From NCBI GenBank assembly GCA_010909165.1, contig VJWM01000172.1, positions 248,001-312,000 on the forward strand: a stretch of 64,000 bases of DNA, read 5' to 3'. The notes under the pieces were generated by a model. That model did no database searches. It was given only the letters and a program-made list of their open reading frames with translations, and was not told the DNA's origin. The first letter of the stretch is position 1, and each line of letters starts with the position of its first letter. A program made the translations under genes and the position numbers. This document shows, piece by piece, positions 47,601-61,800 of the stretch. The DNA comes from Anthoceros angustus. Lineage: Eukaryota; Plantae; Anthocerotophyta.

Positions 47601-49833
47601 GGTGAGGAGGTGTGAGTGAGAGCGCAGGCAGCGGACACATGCAAGGGACAAGAAGGAGCAGTTGACTTGTGATTTGTCAGACGCATGCGCATAGGTTTAG
47701 GCCATGGTTTTGCCTTCCACGGAAGAAAGATCCGCAGTTTGCATCGTGTTGTTTGTTGTCGTTGATCCATTTATGTTGTGCACATGCCCAAAGCATGCAT
47801 ATGGTGAGGATTTGCTGCTGAAGCCACCATTTTGTGCCCGCTCTCACAACATTTGAATTGTGTCACTTGGCTGAGCATTTGCCCAATTGTTTCTTATGTG
47901 GACCTCCAATTTAAATTGCCACGAACGAGTACAAGGCACCAACGTGGTGTAAATGACTCGACAGTGGTGCGGCCGAGAATGCCCGAAACCGATGGATGAA
48001 CACCTATGAACACCTACAAAACCAACAAAACCAAACCAACTTCGGTTTTATGAAATAGGGTTGGAAGAGATTTTTCCAAAACCCCTTTTGAGGAGAAACC
48101 CTTCCTACAGACGTTTGATCCGAAGGGCATATTTTGAACTTTGCAACAAACTCCGAAATCGCAATTTTTAAAACTATTTTTCATTCAAAAGTAGATTTTT
48201 GATTTGATATCACAATGAAAAATACCCTTATAGTGGCAATATTCTAAACCAAAATAAGTTGACGAAAATAATATCTTGCAATGTATTCATCCAAGTACAA
48301 GAAGAAGAGGAATCAATTGCCACGAACAATTTGCATCAATTCTTGAAAGATGAACATTTTCATACCATACTTGTACTCAAGATGTATTTTCACTATATTT
48401 GGGTGGTCCAAACTATGCTTGTTAGTACGACAAGTTGTTGATGGAAAGGTGTATTTTTGAGATAAGCTTGGTCGGTTAATGTTTGAGCCTCAAAATCATG
48501 TCAATGAAAGTCAAAGAAGAGTGCAACAACTTGGTGGTATTGGTTTCAAGGATTATCTCCGTCTTTAGCTACAATTCGATAACCGTTCTCGGTTTTCTTC
48601 ACTCAAAGTTTTCTAAGTTCTTTGGGTTGGTGGTGTCTTAGCCTCATATCGCATTTTAGTTTCTCACCCTCCTTTCTCTCTTGGTCCTTTATAATCATTT
48701 CATGTGGAGCAGTGTGTTCACCGCCAATGCAAGCTTATCATCTATGTAAGAAGGGTAGGTCTATTTTCTTATCTATAATTTTTTGGGTTCAATAATGTAG
48801 TGACAGCTGGTTCTTTCATGCTTCACCTACATAGAGTTGGAACTTTACATTCTGGGTGATTTATGAAACGTTTTGTGAAACGGTTCTTTCATGCTTCACC
48901 TACATAGAGTTTGGAACTTTACATTAAAGGTGATTTATAAACGCGTTTTGTAGTGAGCTGGTTCTTTCATGCTTCACCTACATAAAGTTTGGAACTTAGG
49001 TTCTTTCATGCTTCACCTACATAAAGTTTGGAACTTTACATTACTGCAGGTGATTTATGAAACGTTTTGCAAGGTCTTTATCTCGCTAACATAATCAACT
49101 TTGTACTCTATGTTTTTGGCTGCATGCGCTTTTTACTACTAGATTATGCAACAATTGTAGTTTTCCATCTATGTGTTTTCCTCCATATTTCAACTGCGCA
49201 TTATGTAGGACTATGCATTATATATATAGGGGTTGCATTATGCATTCCACCTGCGTTCTTGCAGGGAAAGTTTCTACCCTCTATTCTGCGGGGTTTTTAC
49301 CTTTTGTTCGCGGATTTTTGATTCTTTAAAGGTATTGTATATTTATTAATTATAATAAAAATTCAAAATACAGAACTTAACTCTTTCTAAAATCACGAAA
49401 TTACCACGTTAGAGAGACGTGGCCGCTCCGTCCGAAACGAGCCCTCGCCCGAATTCGTGGTAGCCGGCTGATTTTCTTCATAATTCACCGTGAACAAAGC
49501 GGTGGGCGTCATGCGCAAAAGTGTTTCGGTTTTGTCGTGCGAGGAAGTCGGTAATAACCTAGGCACACAAGGTGTCAAAGCGTGTAGTTCTATGACTCAC
49601 TGCGTTGAAGGTGTTGTTGTGATGGGGGAGTGTTCTACCGTCTGACATGGTAACCTCTCACTTTTTGAGGAATTATGGATTCTCTTTTTAGGCAATCTTT
49701 GGAATGTAGACTATGGTGATTCTGTCGCAGCCCAGTGTTTCTGTTGTAGACAAAGCAGAATCCATCCAAGAAGTTTCGCCCGTTGTTGCAACTTCAAAAC
49801 AAGGTTATATTCTGTTTCTGTTGCCCTTTATGG
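44629..49833. repeat. ~2.6-kb nested tandem duplication in unit 2
   Basis: TTTATGG at 47260 (junction) and 49827, variant TCTATGG at 44629. Confidence 0.92.
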
Positions 49834-52800
49834 GACCTGACACCTTTGGTGCCTCTCAACTCGTGGCTGCTTTCCGGGAACGATAAAGAGGTAGCTCGAG
49901 TGGCTTGGTTTACTTGAGATGTGCGAGCCTGTTCTTTTCTTCTCTGGAAACACTAGAAGTTTGAAACAGTCTCATGGGAAGCGAGGCACTCGGTGGTCCG
50001 GCAATTTGTTATGAGGCTCGATGCATTCACACAAGCTTTGCTTCACTTTTACAGTCTTTCTGCGATTGAGTTGCATTCAAGCCTCGGGAATCATAACGAG
50101 CTGTGGAGATCCACGGGAGATTCACAGAATCTAGCTACTACTTCAAGTGTTTAACTTTCTCAGCTAGTAGCACAACATGCCTGGATAGTGAGAACAGCGC
50201 ACGAAACCCTCCTCATGATCACCTTGGCCTTGATTGAGATATATCACCACCACGAGAGTCGAGGATGCTTGATGCACATCGACAATCTTGGTTTCATTTA
50301 AGTGTCATATGGCCGAAGCGAAACACAAGGGTAATGATGCGACTCATCATCGAGTAAGCATACTCAACCATAGGATACTTTCTCACGGTCTTAGTAGCAC
50401 TTGGAGTGCTTGTCACGATCCTCCGTCGTGCCATCCATGTCACGAGAGGGCACGGAGGTGGCGGTAGCGCAGCAGCAGCTGACCCTCTGTTGCCGAAATT
50501 CTTTGGTAGTACCGGCGTCCTTTCTGCGTGATGGCTCATTGCGGCTTTTGCCACAAGGACTTGGGACTTGGACAGCTATTCTAGGTGCGAACCCTAACTG
50601 TCGGAGCTAGCAGCTTGGGAGCAATCTCAAAGCGAAGAAGACATGGCGAGCACAACAATCTCCCGCTCCATATGCTCCAGACAAAGGCTGAGAAAATACA
50701 TCGTTATAAGCGAGATGTACCTCATCTCGGTGGCTTCCTATTGGTACAACATATGGAGTTGAGTTGGCGGGAAGATTGAGCGTAAAGTGTACACAAAAGA
50801 TTGCAACGCGTTTGGGTGATCATGACTCAACAACAGTCACGGGTAGCACGAGAGTGAAGACCGTGATTAGGATAACGTCTAGTCATGACCTACTCAACAA
50901 GTGGGAGTATTGATATTATGTTGATATCATGACTATAGGTTTAGGGATAGTTACTATAAATCATCCCTAATTTGATGTTGAGTTAGGTAGATATCTTTCG
51001 TTAGGGTTCGACTTTTCGGTGAATAGACACATCGTTTAGATTAAGTTTAAGTTGTCTTTTGCTTAAGCACTTTAGACTCTTTTCTTGATTCTCAATCAAT
51101 ATGTAATTACTTAATGTTGTAATTATTCTACATAATCCATAGAAATTATCGGTTTGTGGTAGCGGTTGTAGTTGGGCTAGGCTTGGAAGTTGGAGGCCTT
51201 GAACTGGGGCGAGATAACCTATCTTTGCGCCCGCCGACCCTTCCGGTGGTAGGATGCCCCTGCATGCGTTGGGATAGGGTGTCTCCTCCCACGTAGGAAT
51301 GAGGGTGTCTTTGGCCCACCGTCTGGATCTCCTACAACTCTCCTACAAGTGGTAGGAGGGTAGGCCCTACGTTTGTTGTTGGTTGGAGGTTACGAGGTGG
51401 CGATTCGAGCGGCCTTGAGGCTGCCTGTCGAGTTGGTGGTTGAGGATGTGCCAATTGTGGGGCGATGGAAAAGAATAGTGGAAGATCACGGGTGGTGAAG
51501 TCGGCGTTGCAATGTAGGGGTCCCTCGTGCATGGTGACCCTCTTGCCGTGGAGTGTGGAGCTACGGTCATAGGGTGTCGTTGTAGGTGCAGGCGATGATT
51601 GGTAACACGATGAGGCGTGGTATACGTGGGTGAGTTGAGGTTGCTCGATTGTGTGAGGGAGCTTGGGGTGTGAAGAGGTGTGTGGTTTGTGCCTTGGATC
51701 TTTGGTGACTTGACAAACAAGAGTCTCATGGGACGAAACCTATTGTATAGCGACTGGGATAAGTGTGGCCACTAGGTGAATCTAAGCCCGTGGTTTTCCT
51801 CCCACTCCACAAGCCATATTTCTCATAAAAGCCTCCTTCATGCCGCGACCACCATTCCATAGTCTATCCAAGTCGCAATGGCAAATGTGCCAAAGGCATC
51901 GTGCTCTAGTCTATCTTACATTACAAGATCATCTCCCTTATCTTATAACTATAATTCTGTGATAGTAATATATAATAAACTATTTATTATTTTTATATAC
52001 ATGCATAACTTTATAATAAATAGGTAATTAAATATCATGTAATTATATTTTTATTACCATAAGATATAATTGTAAAATACCGTTTTACTTTATGGTGGTA
52101 ATTACCACCGAAATAATCTTGTGTTGGGTCTTACCATAATACTCACAAGCCACCTTGCGTGGCCTTCAGTAGACAATGATCATGAGGAGCTTGTCATTCG
52201 ATTCCTTATTGTTCAATGAAGAATTATACTTAAAATATATATTTAAATGTTTTTATTTGAGTTTCTTTCCAAAACACGCCTACAACACCCTGCGCATCAT
52301 CTTTGTTAAATGTTTTGATTGCTAGGAAAAAGGCCATGGGTGGCTAGACATGGTTGATAGGTTTGTCCAATAAAATAGAAGTATTCTATGTATCTACTAA
52401 AGATTGGTTATTACATTCACCTTCCCTCATCTTCCTAATTTACATCTTAAAAACATTAAGCATGTGTTCTTTATAATGCTCCTTCAACTAATGTGCACCA
52501 ATGAACCATGCATGCATTTTTATAAGTTGAATAAGCACCTGCGTAAATTTGGATTATGCCACTATAACATGTGTGAGTTCATAAGTACGAAATCACTTGA
52601 CGATGAATGAGCGAATATAAGTAAGCAAAAGTCCATCGGTCAATTGAAATGCGTACTCGTTAACTTTAAAGCGGTTTTCCTCTTGAGTAAAAATATCATA
52701 GTCGGTTAGTATTGAACAAGGTAACTCTGGCGGACCAAGTACCGCATGGGGCTCCATTATACTTTAATCCCAAAGCAGAATCTCGGGGCCAAATCTATTT

Positions 52801-55800
52801 TGTTCCACAATATTTGCGATACTCTGTACTTGTCAAGTAGCGTCTATGTAGAAAGGGTTTCTCTTGAAATCCCTATTTGCACCAGACGTGGCGGACCCTT
52901 TTGCACTTGAAAAATCTACACTATAACTTGACCTTTTGGTATTTCTCTGCAGACGGATCACCGCAACCTTTTGAATAATTGTTTTGATACACGTTATTTG
53001 AGATTGTAGATTGCAATGCGTGGAAAAATCTAAAGTCCCATTCTCGTTCGGCTTTTTCTTTCAAAGCTGGACACATAATTAAATGCGAAAACTTATGCGC
53101 GCACTTACATCTAAATAGTCTCCAACACACGGCAATCATTGCTAGGTGTTTGGCGTACTCTAAACGTTTAGAGTTTTTAGAGCTTGCTGTAATTACGTGC
53201 GCAAACTTATTTGCGCACCAACCTTTCATTCATACCGAGTCAATCCTAAGACCATACTCTCGCTCTGGGAATTTTACAGGACTTTGTTTCCTGACATTGG
53301 GACAATAATATCTTCGTTGACATGATGCTCTTGATCCGCGTGCGGCGAGAATGAGAGTGCCATGAGTGCCGGAGCTAGGCCCATGCCAAATGTCTCAAGA
53401 TTCAAAAGATGCAACAGTTCTCACTACTAGTTCAAAGTTTTAACCACTAGAAAAAGATGAGGGCTAAGTAAAGATAAGAACATATCCACATTAGGAGGTG
53501 ACCAAAAGGTTGAAAGCGTCGAAGGAGCCCTTTAAAACAATAAAAATATTAAAAACCAAAAATTCAAAAATATCAAAATTTTAGGGCAAGTCTTTGTCTA
53601 AAAAATTGGACTTTTGGGGTTTTTAGATTTTGCTCTTTTTCTTTGGATGAACCATCAGGAATGCACTAGGAGGCATGGTTCATGCTCCTAAACCTTTCTT
53701 GACCTTGGGTGCACCTTGGTGCACAGCCTCCTTGCCCTTGGTGCACGCATTGGTGTCGCACACAGGCCTCCTTGCTTATGGTGTGCGCTGCAAGTGCGCA
53801 CAGACCTGCCCCCTAGTGCCGCGTGCTTGTTCACCAGTGGGCCCCTTGGCATGTTTGATGATAACGGTATAGGTCACCGCCAAAAGAGACTAAACACCGT
53901 AAAGGATAAAAGGGATAGGGTGTTCTTCATCGCATTAGGGCATAGGATAGATATATGAGAGCGGTCTAGATGAACCTCCGTGATGTCGCTACTTGTTATT
54001 TTGTCGGGAGTTTCGGCACATCCTCGGACCTTCAAAAGGACATGTTTCCCCATTAGAAGATCATTTTTGGCGTTCTTTTGCACAGGCGTGCACATGTTTG
54101 TGCATAAGCGTTTAAATAGCGCGCCTTGCTCCCAGTATACAAAAACATATAAAACCACATAAAATGCGGACTACATGGACATTATGGAACAATGAGGTCA
54201 GCGGCCCTTCATCACACCGACTAAAGGGCGTAAGCATGGTTTGGTGCCACATATTAGTACCAAATGTCACAACACAATTGGTCACCTTGAGAGAGAGTGT
54301 GAAGGATAGAATTGAACTTTCAAATCTCACTTGTGATTATTTGACTTTTTGCCTCACATAATTTACTTCTATTAATTTATTTTAGGTTAAACTTACTTAT
54401 ATAAAGTAATATAAAATTACATAACCTTTCTTACTTCACATTAGCTGGAATAACCTTCGTTGGCGGGCTTGAGCTTTGTGCACCACGACCCGCCGCAGCC
54501 CTCCTACCTTCGCCCCGTCTCGTGGGCGCCCTGTCGCCACGCTCCTTTCTGCATGCATCCTTACATCTTTGTCGTGGCCTTTGCGTGTCCCGTGGTGTGG
54601 GTGCCATCTGTGGAGGAGGCTCCTTTGGAGAATCGTGGGATATGGGTGGCATGATGGAGATGGAAGCTCATACAAGGCATCAATGTCCGGGCGACATGCT
54701 TCTTAAGGGTTTGAAGGAGCTTGTTGAGGTCTTTGAAGTTATCTGGCGTGGTTTGAGCCATATCATGCTAGTGAAGGCTACAAGTTCAACGCTACTACAA
54801 GGTTGCTTCACGAGGAGTGGCGAACGTGGATGAGCTTCTTCTTGATTTATGGGCGGCCTTCGCGATTACAACGGACAAAAGTCCCCGCTACATGGTGCTT
54901 GGTATTCTCTTGGAAGTTGTTGCATAAGTGTGGGCTTTGTGTCCTGCGAGGCCGAGAAGGTGAAGGCTGAAGAAAGCTCAAAACCGGTGGAAGAGGAGCA
55001 TGAGGAACATGAGGAGGAGGTGGGGGAGGCCGAGCTTGTGAGAGGGAGGAAGCACGGCCTGTGGTTTGAGGGCTGTGACACGGTCACAGTCGTGGAAGTA
55101 GAGGCGATGGAGAGAGGGACACTGTCTCCTCTCCAGTAAAGAAGGCCTCTTCTTCCAAACTACTTGATACGGAGGGTGCGGGAGGCGGTGGCGGTGAGAG
55201 CGCAAGCGGACACACATGCAAGGGACAAGAAGGCAGTTGACAGGTTGTCCGAGACGCATGCGCATAGGGTTTAGGCCATGGTTTTGCCTTCCACGGAAGA
55301 AAGATCCGGCAGGTTTGCATCAGTGTTGTTTGTTGTCGTTGATCCATTTATGTTGTGCACATCTGTCCATAGCATGCGCCGGTAAGGGAGGATTTCTTCT
55401 GAAGCCACCATTTTGTGCCCGCTGTCACAGCATTTTGAATTGTGTCTGACTTGGGCTGCTGAGCATTTGCCCAATTGTTTCTCAGCCTTGTGGACCTCCA
55501 ATTTAAATTGCCACGAACGAGTACAAGGCACCTGTGTAAATGAAATAGAAGTGGTGCGAGCCGAGAATGCGAAACCGATGGATGAACACCTATGAACACC
55601 TACAAAACCAACAAAACCAAACCAACTTGGTTTTAATGAAATAGGGTTGGAAGAGATTTTTCCAAAACCCTTTTGATGAGAAACCCTTCCTACACAGACG
55701 TTTGATCCGAAGGGCATATTTTGAACTTTGCAACAAACTCGAAATCTGCAATTTTTAAAACTATTTTTCATTCAAAAGTAGATTTTTGATTTGATATCAC

Positions 55801-58800
55801 AATGAAAAATACCCTTATAGTGGCAATATTCTAAACCAAAATAAGTTGACGAAAATAATATCTTGCAATGTATTCATCCAAGTACAAGAAGAAGAGAATC
55901 AATTGCCACAACGAACAATTTAGCATCAATTCTTGAAAGATGAACATTTTCATACCATACTTGTACTCAAGATGTATTTTCACTATATTTGGGTGGTCCA
56001 AACTATGCTTGTTGGTAGCGACAAGTTGTTGATGGAAAGGTGTATTTTGAGATAAGCGCTTGGTCGATTAATGTTTGAGCACCTCAAAATCATGTCAGTG
56101 AAAGTCAAAGAAGAGTGCAACAACTTGGTATTGGTTTCCAAGGATTATCTCCGTCTTTAGCTACAACGCGTTGTTAACCAATCGTCTCGGTTTTTCTTCA
56201 CTCAAAGTTTTCTAAGTTCTTTGGGTTGGTGGTGTCTTAGCCTCATATCGCATAAAGCATTTTAGTTTCTCACCCTCCTTTCTCTCTTGGTCCTTTATAA
56301 TCATTTCATATGGAGCAATTGTGTTCTACCAATGCGTATCATCTATGTAAGAAGGTAGGTCTATTTTCTTATCTATAATTTTTTGGGTTCAATAATGTAG
56401 TGAGCAGGCTGGTTCTTTCATGCTTCACCTACATAGAGTTGGAACTTTACATTCTGCAGTGATTTATGAACGTTTTGTAGTGAGCAGGCTGGTTCTTTCA
56501 TGCTTCACCTACATAGAGTTGGAACTTTACGATACGCAAGGTGATTTATGAAACGTTTTGTAGTGAGCGGGCTGGTTCTTTCATGCTTCACCTACATAAA
56601 GTTTGGAACTTAGGTTCTTTCATGCTTCACCTACATAAAGTTTGGAACTTTACATTCGAGGTGATTTATGTAAAACGTTTTGCAAGGTCTTTATCTCTGC
56701 TAACATAATCAACTTTGTACTCTATGTTTCTTTGCATGCAGTTTTTACTACTAGATTATGCAACAAACATAGTTTTCCATCTATGTATTTCCTCCATATT
56801 TCACTGCGCGTTATGTAGGACTATGCATTATATATATGTAGGGGCGCATTATGCATTCCACCCTTTCGTTCTTGCGGATGAAAGTTTCTACCTCTATTCT
56901 GCGGGGTTTTTACCTTTTGTTACTGCGATGATTTTGATTCTTTAAAGGTATTGTATATTTATTAATTATAATAAAATTCAAAATACAGAACTTAACTCTC
57001 TTTCTAAAATCACCGAATTACCACGTTAGAGAGCGGCGGCCCGTCAGCTGAAACCCTCGCCGTTACGTGGTATTGATTTTCTTCATAATTCACCGTGAAC
57101 AACAGTGGGCGTCATGCGCAAAAGTGTTTGGTTTGTATGTCGTGGGAAGTCGGTGGTAATAACCTAGGCACACAAGGTGTCTGCGTGCCTTGAGTTCTAT
57201 GACTACGAGGCCGTTGTGTTGTTGATGTGATGGGGGAGTGTTCTGCATGGTAACCTCTCACTTTTTGAGGAATTATGGATTCTCTTTTTGAGCACCTTTG
57301 GAATGTAGACTATGGTGATTCTGCATGCGGGCTGTGTTTCTGTTGTGAACAAGCAGAATCCATCCAAGAAGTTTACATTGTTGCAACTTCAAAACAAGGT
57401 TATATTCTGGTTTTCATTGCCCTTTATGGTGACCGGCGACACCTTTGGTGCCTCTCAACTCAGTGCTTTCGGGAACTGATAAAGAGGTAGCTCAAGAGCT
57501 TGGTTTACTTGAGATGTGCGGGGCACATTCTTTTCTTCTCTGGAAACACTAGAAGTTTGAAAGCATCTCATGGGAAGCGGGCACTCGGTGGTCCGGCAAT
57601 TTGTTATGAGGCTCCGATGCATTCACACAAGCTTTGCTTCACTTTTACGAGTCTTCTGCGGTATTGAGTTGCATTCAAGCCTCGGGAATCATAAGCGAGC
57701 TGTGGAGATCCAGAGATTCCAGAATCTAGCTACTACTTCAAGTGTTTAACTTTCTCGGCTAGTAGCACAACATGCCTGGATAGTGAGAACACCATCAAAC
57801 CCTCCTCATGATCACCTTGGCATTGAGATATTCTGTACCACAGTGCAGGATGCTTGATGTATCGACAATCTTGGTTTCGTTAATGTCATATGGCCGAGCG
57901 AAACACAAGGGTAATGATGGCTGCGACTCATCATCAGAGTAAGCATACTCAACTGTATGGGATACTTTCTCATGGTCTTCGTAGCACTTGGAGTGCTTGT
58001 CACAGTCCTCCGATGCGTGAGGTGCCATCCATGTCACGAGGGGCGAGGTGGCGGTAGCGATTGACCCGCTGCTCCTCTTGCCGTTCTTTGGTAGTACTGG
58101 GGGCGTCCTTTCCTGCGTGATGGCTCTGCTTTTGCCACGGACTTGGGACTTGGACAGCTATTCTAGGTGCGAACCTGCCTAGCTGTCAGCGGGCTTAGCA
58201 CGGCAGGAGCAATCTCAAGCGAAGAAGACATGGCGAGCACAGCAATCTCCCGCTCCATATGCTCAACAGACAAAAGGCGAGAAAATACATCGGGGTTATA
58301 AGCGAGATGTACCTCATCTCGGTGGCTTCCTGCAGTACAACATATGGAGTTCGAGTTGGCGGGAAGATTGAGCGTAAAAGTGTACACAAAAGATTGCAAG
58401 CGCGTTTGGGTGATGACTCAACAAGGTCTCACAGGTAGCACACGAGTGAAGACCGTGATTCGGATAACGTCTAGTCATGACCTACTCAACAAGTGGGAGT
58501 ATTGATATTATGTTGATATCATGACTATAGGTTTAGGATAGTTACTATAAATCATCCCTAATTTGATGTTGAGTTAGGTAGATATCTTTCGTTAGGGTTC
58601 GACTTTCGTGAATAGACACATCGTTTAGATTAAGTTTAAGTTGTCTTTTGCTTAAGCACTTTAGACTCTTTTCTTGATTCTCAATCAATATGTAATTACT
58701 TAATGTTGTAATTATTCTACATAATCCATAGAAATTGTCACTTTTGTGGGCGCTAGGTTGTAGTTGGGCGCTAGGGCTTGGAAGTTGGAGAGGCCTTGAA

Positions 58801-61800
58801 CTAGGCGAGATAACCTATCTTGCGCCCGCGACCTTCCGGTGGTAGGATGCGCCCTGCATGCGTTGGGATAGGTGTCTCCTCCCACGTAGGAATGAGGGTG
58901 TCTTGGCCACCGGTCGCTGGATCTCCTACAACTCTCCTACAAGTGGTAGGAGGTGGGCCCTAATTGTTTGTTGTTGGTTGTAGGTTACGGTGGCGATTCG
59001 GCGGAGGCAGCAGGAGCAGCTGTGTCGAGTTGGTGGTTGAGGATGTGCCAATTGTGGGAAGGCGATGGAAAAGAATAGTGGAAGATCACGGGTGGTGAAG
59101 TCGCGTTGCAATGTAGGGGGTCCCTCGTGCATGGTACGACCCTGCCGTGGAGTGTGGAGCTACGGTCATAGGGTGTCGTTGTAGGTGCAGGCGATGATTG
59201 GTAACCGTAGGCGTGGGCTGTCTCATGGAGTGAGTTGAGGTTGCTCCAGGTTGTGTGAGGGAGCTTGGGGTGTGAAGAGGTGTGTGGTTTGTGCCTTGGA
59301 TGCTGGTGACTTGACAAACAAGAGTCTCATGGGACGAAACCTATTGTACTTAGCGACGTGGGATAAGTGTGGCCACTAGAGGTGAATCTAAGCCCGTGGT
59401 TTTCCTCCCACACTCCACAAGCCATATTTCTGCGAAAGCCTCCTTCATGCCGCGACCACGCATTCCATAGTCTATCCGTCGCAATGGCAAATGTGCCAAA
59501 GGCATCATGCTCTAGTCTATCTTACATTACAAGATCATCTCCCTTATCTTATAACTATAATTCTGATAGTAATATATAATAAACTATTTATTATTTTTAT
59601 ATACATGCATAACTTTATAATAAATAGGTAATTAAATATCATGTAATTATATTTTTATTACCATAAGATATAATTGTAAAATACCGTTTTACTTTATGGT
59701 GGTAATTACCAAAAATAATCTTGTGTTGGGGTCTTACCCATAATACTCACAAGCCACGCGTGGCCTTCAGTAGACAATGATCATGAGGAGCTTGTCATTC
59801 GATTCCTTATTGTTCAATGAAGAATTATACTTAAAATATATATTTAAATGTTTTTATTTGAGTTTCTTTCCAAAACCGCCTACAACACCCTGCGCATCAT
59901 CTTTGTTAAATGTTTGATTAGGAAAAGGCCATGGGTGGCTAGACATGGTTGATAGGTTTGTCCAATAAAATAGAAGTATTCTATGTATCTACTAAAGATT
60001 GGGTTATTACATTCACCTTCCCTCATCTTCCTAATTTACATCTTAAAAACATTAAGCATGTGTTCTTTATAATGCTCCTTCAACATAATGTGCACACCAA
60101 TGAACCATGCATGCATTTTATAAGTTGAATAAGCACACGTAAATTTGGATTATGCCACTATAACATGTGTGAGTTCATAGCGAAATCACTTGACGATGAA
60201 TGAGCGAATATAAGTAAGCAAAAGTCCATCGGTCAATTGAAATGCGTACTCGTTAACTTTATGGTTTTCCTCTTGAGTAAAAATATCATAGTCGGTTAGT
60301 ATTCTAACAAGGTAACTCTGGCGGACCAAGTACCGCATGGGGCTCCATTATACTTTAATCCCAAAGCGAATCTCGAGCCAAATCTATTTTTGTTCCACAA
60401 TATTTGCGATACTCAGTGCTTGTCAAGTAGCGTCTATGTAGAAAGGGGTTTCTCTTGAAATCCCTATTTGCACCGACGTGGCGGACCCCTTTGCACTTGA
60501 AAAAATCTACACTATAACCAGCCTTTTGGTATTTCTCTGAGATCACCGCAACCTTTTGAATAATTGTTTTGATACACGTTATTTGAGATTGTAGATTGCA
60601 AGTACGTGGAAAAATCTAAAGTCCCATTCTCGTTCGGCTTTTCTTTCAAAGCTGGACACATAATTGTGCGAAAACTTATGCGCGCACTTACATCTAAATA
60701 GTCTCCAACACGGCAATCATTGCTAGGTGTTTGGCGATACTCTAAGCGTTTAGAGTTTTTAGAGCTTGCTGTAATTCTGGTGCGCAAACTTATTTGCGCA
60801 CCAACCTTTCATTCATACCAGTCAATCCTAAGACCATACTCTCGCTTTGGGAATTTTACAGGACTTTGTTTCCTAGACATTGGGACAATAATATCTTCGT
60901 TGACATGATGCTCTTGATCCGCGTGCAGTGCGAGAATGAGAGTGCCATGGTCTGCACTTGAGCTAGGCCCATGCCAAATGTCTCAAGATTCAAAAGATGC
61001 AACAGGTTCTCACTACTAGTTCAAAGTTTTAACCACTAGAAAAAGATGAGGGCTAAGTAAAGATAAGAACATATCCACATTAGGAGGTGACCAAAAGGTT
61101 GAAAAGCGTCGAAGGAGCCCTTTAAAACAATAAAAATATTAAAAACCAAAATTCAAAAATATCAAAATTTTAGGGCAAGACACTTGTCTAAAAATTGGAC
61201 TTTTGGGGTTTTTTAGATTTTGCTCTTTTTCTTTGGATGAACCATCTGAATGCACTAGGAGGCATGAACCATGTGGGTTCATGCTCCTAGGCCTTTCTTG
61301 ACCTTGGGTGCACGACTGCACGCACTGGCCTCCTTGCCCCTTGGTGCACGACAGGCGCACTGGCCTCCTTGCCCCTTGGTGTGCGCACAAGTGCGCGCAC
61401 CTGCCCCCTAGTGCACGTACTTGTTCACCCACCGGGCCCCTTGGCATGTTTGATGATAACCTGCTAGGTCACCGCCAAAAGACTAAACACCGTAAAGGAT
61501 AAAAGGGGATAGGGTGTTCTTCATCGCATTAGGGCATAGGATAGATATATGAGAGCGGTCTAGATGAACCTCCGATGTCGCTACTTGTTATTTTGTCGGG
61601 AGTTTCGCACATCCTCGGACCTTCAAAGGACATGTTTCCCCATTAGAAGATCATTTTTCGCTCTTTTGCTTTTTGCCTGCACATGTTTGTGCATAAGCGT
61701 TGTTTAGACGCCAGCACTTATGCGCCTAGGCTCCCTGGTATACAAAACATATAAAACCACATAAAATGCGAGACTACGGACATGACGAAATTATGGAACA

